Source: Anaerohalosphaeraceae bacterium
GTDB taxonomy: Bacteria; Planctomycetota; Phycisphaerae; Sedimentisphaerales; Anaerohalosphaeraceae
DNA: 64,000 bases
Assembly (NCBI GenBank): GCA_963675525.2
Contig: CAXXSL010000016.1
Coordinates: 416,001 to 480,000 of the forward strand
Reading direction: 5' to 3'
Shown here: piece by piece, positions 57,491-64,000 of the stretch
Layout: each line of letters opens with the position of its first letter
Position numbering within the stretch: the first letter of the stretch is position 1
The notes under the pieces: model-generated
Seen by the model: only the letters and a program-made list of their open reading frames with translations
The model's database searches: none
What the model was told of the DNA's origin: nothing
Made by a program: the position numbers and the translations under genes

Positions 57491-58852
57491 ATGGCCATAA
57501 CCGTCGAGGAAATATTTGAAACCGTTAATATGACGCTGCATCAGAATTTTGATATTCGCACTGTCACGCTGGGCATCAATCTGAAAGACTGTATGGACCG
57601 TAACACCGATCATTTCTGCGGGCGCATCGAACAGCGGATTGTCAAAATGGGCCAAAAGCTCAACGCCGCCGCCGATGTCATGGAACAGAAATACGGCGTC
57701 CCCGTTATCAACCGCCGCGTCTCGGTCACCCCGGTTTCGCTGTTGCTGGAACCACTGCCCCGAACAATTGCCACCGCGGTCAAAGTCGCCAAAACACTGG
57801 ACCGCGCGGCCGGAAAAGCAAAGATCGACTTCATCGGCGGTTTCGGCGGATACGTCCAAAAAGGGCTAACCGCTTCGGATGAAAACCTGATGAACGCCCT
57901 GCCGCAGGCATTGTCCCAAACAAAACGGGTCTGCTCATTCTTCAACCTCGGCTCGACACTGGCCGGATTGAACATGACCGCGGTCGAGCGGTTCGGGCAT
58001 ATTCTTAAAGATTTGGCCGTTCGCAGCAAAACGGGTATCGGCTGCGCTAAGGTAGCCGTTTTCGCCAATGTCCCCGGCGACAATCCGTTCATGGCCGGAG
58101 CCCATCACGGCATCGGCGAGCCGGACTATTCGCTGAACATCGGTATCTCCGGCCCCGGCGTTGTCAAAACCGTCGTCGAACAAAATCCCGACTGCGATCT
58201 GACGGAACTGTCCGAGGTCATCAAACGAACCGTTTTCAAAATCACACGCGCCGGCGAACTGATCGGACAGGAAGTAGCCCAAATACTGGGTGTGGAATTC
58301 GGCATCGTCGATATTTCGCTGGCGGCCACCCCCGCAGCGGGCGACTCGGTCGCAGAGATCATCGAGGCAATGGGCATTCACCGTATGGGCCTGCCCGGCA
58401 CGACCGCCGCACTGGCTTTACTCATCGACGCAGTTAAAAAAGGCGGTGCGATGGCTTCCGGGCACGTCGGCGGACTCTCCGGAACCTTCATTCCCGTCAG
58501 TGAAGACGCGGGCATGATTCGCGCCGTTAAGGAAGGCGCCCTGAACCTGCAAAAACTCGAAGCCCTGACCAGCGTTTGCTCGGTAGGGATGGACATGTTC
58601 GCCATTCCCGGCTCAACCCCGCCGGATGTCATCAGTGCCATCATTGCTGACGAACTGGCCATCGGTATCGCCAATAACAAAACCACCAGCGTGCGGGTGA
58701 TTCCCGTTCCCGGCAAGCGTGCCGGCCAAAGTGTCCACTTCGGCGGCCTGCTCGGAACGGCCCCGATTATGCCCGTCGCTAAAAAAGCAAGCTTCAACTT
58801 CATCAACCGTAAAGGCCGTATGCCCGCACCCATCAAAGCATTAAGGAATTAA
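57491..58852 (+). CDS. PFL-family protein (UPF0210/DUF711)
   Basis: FDIRTVTLGINL, RVSVTP, DNPFMAGAHHG, GISGPGVV, GGLSGTFIPVSED, VCSVGMDM, NNKTT. Confidence 0.93.
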   Translation: MAITVEEIFETVNMTLHQNFDIRTVTLGINLKDCMDRNTDHFCGRIEQRIVKMGQKLNAAADVMEQKYGVPVINRRVSVTPVSLLLEPLPRTIATAVKVAKTLDRAAGKAKIDFIGGFGGYVQKGLTASDENLMNALPQALSQTKRVCSFFNLGSTLAGLNMTAVERFGHILKDLAVRSKTGIGCAKVAVFANVPGDNPFMAGAHHGIGEPDYSLNIGISGPGVVKTVVEQNPDCDLTELSEVIKRTVFKITRAGELIGQEVAQILGVEFGIVDISLAATPAAGDSVAEIIEAMGIHRMGLPGTTAALALLIDAVKKGGAMASGHVGGLSGTFIPVSEDAGMIRAVKEGALNLQKLEALTSVCSVGMDMFAIPGSTPPDVISAIIADELAIGIANNKTTSVRVIPVPGKRAGQSVHFGGLLGTAPIMPVAKKASFNFINRKGRMPAPIKALRN

Positions 58853-58888
58853 ACATTATAATATCAAATTTGCTTAAGGAGAAAAAAG

Positions 58889-59656
58889 ATGGCGGCTAAA
58901 TTTCGATGGATTCTGTGTGTTGTAATATTTTTTATGGTTTTGACACTTGCAGGTTGCGGTGTAAGTTATCGCACACCCGGTGCCGGAGCTGACGTGGCCG
59001 GCCTGTTTGAAGCAGCGGACGAAGAAATTAAGGAGATTGTCGCCCGTGAAGCCGCCTCCCCGCTGCCCGTCAATCTAATCGTCGTTCGTCTCCAAGACAG
59101 GGGATACCATTCCTATTCAATGAAAGATGCCGTCAGCCTCGGTCGATACAGCATCGTAATGACCAGAGACATCGAAGACGAGGCCGATTTTGAACGAATT
59201 AATAAGTTTCCACAATTGGAACAGGTCGGAACACTCAATCGAATACTCCTGCCGGCAGAAATCCGAACCGATAAAGATCTGAGAGTTTCGGCTGCCAAAC
59301 TTCATGCAGACATGCTTTTGTTGTATACCGTTGATACAAAGTTCTGGTCCGAAGACAGTGCTAAACCGCTCAGCGTTGTCACATTAGGATTTTCTCCAAC
59401 GGTCAACGTCCATATGATTTCCACAATCTCCGGAGTACTTATGGATGTACGGACGGGATATGTGTATGGTGCTATTGAAGCAACGGAAAAACAAACACAA
59501 CTGTCCTCTTGGTGGGCTAATGAAGATACGATTGATCAATCGCGTCTGAGAGTAGAGCAAATCGCTTTCGATAAAATGCTTGATGAATTCGAAAGGCTTT
59601 GGATCGGCGTAGTAGCTGAAAGAAAAGCGGTTTTAAACATGCAGCAAAAACAATAG
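58889..59656 (+). CDS. Hypothetical lipoprotein
   Basis: LAGC lipobox; LMDVRTGYVY; AAGGAG RBS. Confidence 0.8.
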   Translation: MAAKFRWILCVVIFFMVLTLAGCGVSYRTPGAGADVAGLFEAADEEIKEIVAREAASPLPVNLIVVRLQDRGYHSYSMKDAVSLGRYSIVMTRDIEDEADFERINKFPQLEQVGTLNRILLPAEIRTDKDLRVSAAKLHADMLLLYTVDTKFWSEDSAKPLSVVTLGFSPTVNVHMISTISGVLMDVRTGYVYGAIEATEKQTQLSSWWANEDTIDQSRLRVEQIAFDKMLDEFERLWIGVVAERKAVLNMQQKQ

Positions 59657-59685
59657 ACTTGACCTACTTTTCAAGAAAGGTGATT

Positions 59686-60677
59686 ATGGCCAAAAAAATA
59701 CGCTGGGGAATCATGGGATGCGGACGCATCGCAAATGATTATGCGAACGATTTGACCTTGACTAAATACGGCGAGCTGGTGGCCGTCGGTTCACGGTCAA
59801 AGGCAAAGGCGAAAAAGTTTGCCGCACAACACGTCGGCGCTCGTGCTTACGGCAGCTATGAGGAGTTGGCCGCCGACCCGGATGTGGATATCGTCTATGT
59901 CGCCACGCCGCACCCATACCACATGGAAAATACCCTGCTGGCGATAAAAAACGGCAAACATGTACTGTGCGAAAAACCCATGGCGATGAACGCAAAACAA
60001 ACCCGGCGGATGATCGCCGCCGCACAAAAAAAAGGCGTCTTTCTCATGGAGGCCATGTGGACACGATTTTTTCCGGCTATCATTCAACTTCGTCAAATGG
60101 CTCACCGCAGAAATACGCATCGGCAAGGTACTGGCCCTCGAAGCCGATTTCGGCATTCATTTCAAGGTCGGGCCCGAACATCGTATTTTCAATCCCGACC
60201 TCGGCGGCGGAGCCCTGCTGGATTTGGGCATCTATCCCATCTCATTCGCGTCAATGGTGTACGGCGCCCAACCGAAAAAAATCGTCTCCACCGTCCACAA
60301 AGCAAAAACCGGCGTCGATAATCATGCCGTCATCACTTTCGAATATGCCGACAGCGCCACGGCCGCATTGACCACCAGCAGCCGCGTCCGCATCCGGCAC
60401 GAAGCTCGTATTTTCGGCACCGAAAGGAATGATTACGGTGCACGAGGGTTTCTTTCATCCGAACCGATTGACACTGGAAGTTGAAGGCAAAAAACCAAAA
60501 ACCGTCCATCTGCCCCATCCCGGCAGCGGAATGCAGTTTGAAGCCGAACATGTGCACGAAGCCTTGCGCAACGGAAAACGGCAAAGCGAAATAATGCCGT
60601 TGCAGGAAACGCTGGAAATCATGCAAACACTGGATAAGATCCGCCGGCAGTGGAATTTAAGGTACACGAACGAATAG
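59686..60677 (+). pseudogene. Gfo/Idh/MocA oxidoreductase split by two +1 frameshifts (pseudogene or assembly error)
   Basis: WGIMGCGRIA...HVLCEKP...MEAMWTRF in one frame, GGGALLDLGIYP in a second, ETLEIMQTLDKIR in the third; extra A at about 60095-60097 and 60423-60425. Confidence 0.85.
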
Positions 60678-60690
60678 AAACGATGCCATT

Positions 60691-61656
60691 GTGCGAAAAC
60701 TGATTCCAAAACCAATACGAAAAAAACTGTACCGACTGCTTTATCCTAAAAGTCCTGTGCTCTGGGCTAACTGGGGCATATTGAGTGCTTTTCTGGCAAA
60801 AAGAATTAAGCCGAAGAAACCTCCTGTGCTTATTTTGTCAATGCCGCGAAGCGGATCGAGCTGGGTCGGGGAAATCATGGGGCTTTCGCCAGATTCGCTC
60901 TATCTTCGTGAGCCGATCACCCAGACATATCTTAAAACCACACACGACGGAGCTCCGAGTTTTTTTGAATTTGACATGGCCGGCCTGCCTGAAGGTTATG
61001 AATCTTCTGCAAAAAATGTTTTTTCCGGCCTGCCTCTGTTTGACCGCCGGATCACAATTTTCCCCAAACAATGGGCCTTATCCAAAAGGAGCCGCAAACG
61101 AATCGTCGTAAAAGAAGTCAATCCGTTTATGCTGCCGTGGCTGACTCAAAACTTCCGACCGCGAATCATCTATCTGGTTCGCCACCCTGTCGCAACGGCA
61201 TCCAGTTTTAAACGAATAGGATGGACCGGGGAACAGTTCGATTTCCGTCTTTCCTTAGAAACGCTGGAGGAAAAAATCCCCCATTATAAACAATTTAGTC
61301 ATTCGTTCTGGGCTGAACACGGCGCCTTACAGGCATTCATTTTAAAAGAAGTACTAAGATACGCCAAAGATTATGATGATTTTCGATTAGTGAAATATAA
61401 ACATCTCTGCGAAAACCCTCTATCTGTGTTCAAAGAACTGTATGATTTCGCTGAATTAGAATGGAACGACTCGGTTGAACGAAAGATCCGAAAACGCATT
61501 CATCCGGAAGAAATCAATACGGATCCTTTCAGCATCTACCGGGATACGGCCCGTGAAGCGAAAAAGTGGAAAAAACAAATTCCGGAAGAGAAGATCGCTG
61601 AAGTCAAAAATGCCTGGCTGTCCTTCGATCTGCCCTATTACCAAAATGATTGGTAA
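60691..61656 (+). CDS. Sulfotransferase
   Basis: 5'-PSB MPRSGSSW, YLREP, VVKE, 3'-PB YLVRHPVATASS, KYKHLCENP. Confidence 0.88.
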   Translation: MRKLIPKPIRKKLYRLLYPKSPVLWANWGILSAFLAKRIKPKKPPVLILSMPRSGSSWVGEIMGLSPDSLYLREPITQTYLKTTHDGAPSFFEFDMAGLPEGYESSAKNVFSGLPLFDRRITIFPKQWALSKRSRKRIVVKEVNPFMLPWLTQNFRPRIIYLVRHPVATASSFKRIGWTGEQFDFRLSLETLEEKIPHYKQFSHSFWAEHGALQAFILKEVLRYAKDYDDFRLVKYKHLCENPLSVFKELYDFAELEWNDSVERKIRKRIHPEEINTDPFSIYRDTAREAKKWKKQIPEEKIAEVKNAWLSFDLPYYQNDW

Positions 61657-61664
61657 AACAACGG

Positions 61665-62240
61665 TTAATTTGTAAACGCTTCTTCGACGAGGTCGCAGAG
61701 GATGTGGTAGGCGAGTTGGTGGATTTCCTGAACGGTCGCGGTCGGGCCTTCGACGCAAATGCAATGATCGGATAATTTTTCAAGCGGTGAATTTTTTTTG
61801 CCGATAAACGCCAGAACCTTTGCGCCTTTTTCTTCGGCTAATTCGGCCGCGGCCAAAATATTTTTACTGGTGCCGCTGGTGGAAAAGGCCCAGAGGATAT
61901 CATTTTTTCGAACCAGCGCTTCAACCTGGCGGGCAAACACTTTTTCGAAACCGTAATCATTGCTCACGCTGGTCAGCGTGGATGTATCGGTCGTCAGCGC
62001 GACGGCGGGCAGACCCTTGCGTTCGCGAACGAACCGTCCCACCAGTTCGGCGGCGATATGCTGGGCGTCGGCAGCGGAACCGCCGTTACCGCAGATATAG
62101 ATGCAGCCGCCGGCGGTAATGCAGTCAATCAGCATTTTGGCCGACAGCGCAATTTCGTCAAGGCAATTGGTTTCCAGATCGGCCAGCACTTTTTTATGCA
62201 ATTGGATCGTATCGAGAATTCGCTTTTTCTTCGATTCCAT
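61665..62240 (-). CDS. gmhA: D-sedoheptulose 7-phosphate isomerase
   Basis: CGNGGSAADAQHIAAELVGRF, TSVSNDYGF, FARQVEAL, STSGTS, VQEIH; has its own GAGGA RBS and ATG at 62240, in frame with the upstream helicase in this sequence. Confidence 0.93.
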   Translation of the reverse strand: MESKKKRILDTIQLHKKVLADLETNCLDEIALSAKMLIDCITAGGCIYICGNGGSAADAQHIAAELVGRFVRERKGLPAVALTTDTSTLTSVSNDYGFEKVFARQVEALVRKNDILWAFSTSGTSKNILAAAELAEEKGAKVLAFIGKKNSPLEKLSDHCICVEGPTATVQEIHQLAYHILCDLVEEAFTN

Positions 62241-63485
62241 ACGTTTATCCTCATTCGCCTGACTTTTTGGGTTTTGGTTTTCCACGCCGGAAGTTTTTGC
62301 GTCGGGCCGCCGCCCGGGCGTTTGCCGCGAGCCGAAGACCCGGAATAGCTTTTCTTGCCGGACGGCTTTGATCAAATCCGGTTCAGGGCCGATCCACTGA
62401 GGAATAATCCGGTTGGCCCGCAGGATGTGTTTGAGTTTGCCGATATCACGACCGCTGAAAAAGGTTATCGCTTTTCCCTCGCGGCCCATGCGGGCGGTGC
62501 GCCCCGTTCGGTGCGTGTAAGCCTCCGGATTTTGCGGCAGGTCATAATTGATCACATGCGAGGCATGCGAAAAATCCAGCCCGCGCGAGGCGATATCCGT
62601 TGCCACGAGATATTGAATGTCCAGCTTTTTAAACCGCCGGAACAAACTGGTGCGTTTGCTCTGTTCCATACCGCCGTGAATCTGCTCGACGGATTTGAGT
62701 TCCTTCTTCAAATGGTCATAGAGCTTTTCGCAGTTTGTCCGGCTGGAGCAAAACAGAATCGCCTGTTTGGGCTTTTCGGTTTTGATCAATTCGAGCATTT
62801 TTTCAAATCGCTGGTGCGGCTTGATTTCTTCGAAATAATGACTTAGCGACTGCGGCGCTTTCTGGTCGGAAATCAGTTCGATCATTACCGCATCGTCGAG
62901 GTATTTTTTGGAAAGCTGCTTGATTTCGTTGGGCATCGTCGCGCTGAACAGCATGGTGTGATGTTCATGAACCATGCAGGAAAACACGAATTCGATATCC
63001 GGCAGAAATCCCTGGTTGAGCATTTCGTCGGCTTCGTCCAGCACGAAATAGCGAACTTCCGCCAGCCGCAGCGGTGAATTGTACAGCAGGTCGATCAGCC
63101 GTCCCGGCGTGGCAACCAGAATCTGCACGCCGTGATTGAGTTTGCTTTTTTGGATATCCATCGAAAAACCGCCATAGACGGCGAAGGCATCGACGCCGGT
63201 TTCTTTGGCGATCCAGGCAATTTCATCGACATACTGCAGGGCCAGTTCGCGGGTGGGTACGAGAATCAGGGCCTGAACCTCTTTGATGTCCGGGTCCACA
63301 GACTGGACGACGGGGATTCCGCAGGCGGCCGTCTTGCCGGAGCCGGTTTCGGCCAGCGCGATTAAATCCCTGCCCGACAGAACGTGCGGGAAAGTCTGCT
63401 CCTGAATCGGCGTCAGGTCGTCATAGCCCTTTTTGACCAGGGCCCTCATAATCCCCGGTTTTAAGTCTAATTCCGTAAATTTCAC
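62241..63485 (-). CDS. DEAD-box RNA helicase (reads through into gmhA in this sequence; natural stop probably the TGA at 62251-62253)
   Basis: TPIQ, AETGSGKT, PTRELA, TPGR, DEAD, SAT, ATDIASRGLD, HRTGRTAR. Confidence 0.93.
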
Positions 63486-63612
63486 GCAAAATCCGTTTCT
63501 GTACCGGTCCTGTTAGACGCTCTTTGGGTCATTAATTCCATCTTTGGCTTTCATAAAGGGGTGATTATATCCGGTAAACAACCCGTTGTATAGGAAATTC
63601 TTTCCCGCCCTC

Positions 63613-63698
63613 CTTGTCCTCCGGCTTGTCTTGTCATAGCAATGTCATCCCCGCGCAGGCGGGGATCCAGCGACGACAGAAGCTTTAGCGAAGGAGGA
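63613..63698. repeat. Nested REP-like palindromes
   Basis: CTTGTCCTCCG[...CTTGTCTTGTCATAGC[GTCATCCCCGCGCAGGCGGGGATCCA]GCGACGACAG]AAGCTTTAGCGAAGGAGGA. Confidence 0.65.
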
Positions 63699-63738
63699 TG
63701 ACTTTCCGCCTGAGATCGGAACGCGCCCCTCTCGCCTT

Positions 63739-64000
63739 CTAATTTTTTTTGTCTTTTTTCGGACGGGACGGAAGTTGCTTGATCGTTTTATCAAAATCAC
63801 TTACTTGGCTGTCCGACCATTCGATGCGACTTTGGTTGAATTTATCATATTCGCTTTCGGCAAATACCTTCGCCATCTCATGCGAAATTGCCCCGGCGTC
63901 ATTCAATATATCCCGGTCGTTTAACGACAAAAATCCGTGAAGCTTGTCAATCCAATCTTTCATGTACATCGCAATCCGGCGCATCGCCTGACCTTCCGCA
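63739..64000 (-). CDS. RhuM-family protein, 3' end only
   Basis: AEGQAMRRIAMYMKDWIDKLHGFLSLNDRDILNDAGAISHEMAKVFAESEYDKF...SDFDK matches the RhuM C-terminus. Confidence 0.85.
   Translation of the reverse strand, partial: AEGQAMRRIAMYMKDWIDKLHGFLSLNDRDILNDAGAISHEMAKVFAESEYDKFNQSRIEWSDSQVSDFDKTIKQLPSRPKKDKKN

Noticed and set aside
57491..58852. Pyruvate formate-lyase
   Set aside because: This is the UPF0210 PFL-like family; it is too short and lacks the glycyl-radical motif.

Overview
Bacterial chromosomal DNA, probably from an anaerobic planctomycete of the Phycisphaerae type (inferred from gene content, dockerin-like tails and repeat families). In order, the window holds: the 5' part of a secreted LamG / 3x Ig-like repeat / beta-helix protein; a ~960-bp repeat-rich non-coding block; glyA; a DUF362 protein; a decaying AT-rich regulatory islet (REC-only regulator, half ECF sigma factor, a 200-bp duplication, two small Zn-finger ORFs); a NapC/NrfH plus octaheme HAO-family pair; a GH43; rseC-rnfCDGEAB with apbE and an orphan gspG paralog; a radical SAM gene and a glycosyltransferase cluster; rseP-dxr; a type II secretion operon (C-D-E-F-G-H-I-J-K-L-M); a second glycosylation cluster; a PFL-family gene; a frameshifted oxidoreductase; a sulfotransferase; an apparent DEAD-box helicase-GmhA fusion that is probably an indel artefact; and the 3' end of rhuM. 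No rRNA, tRNA, CRISPR array or transposase was seen. The most striking unexplained structure is a four-helix-bundle gene between gspE and gspF enclosed by inverted arrays of the heptamer GACGATT, with a gene-less copy of the same inverted arrays between rnfA and rnfB. This looks like filled and empty forms of a mobile or RNA-processed cassette. All family calls come from reading motifs by eye; no database searches were run.
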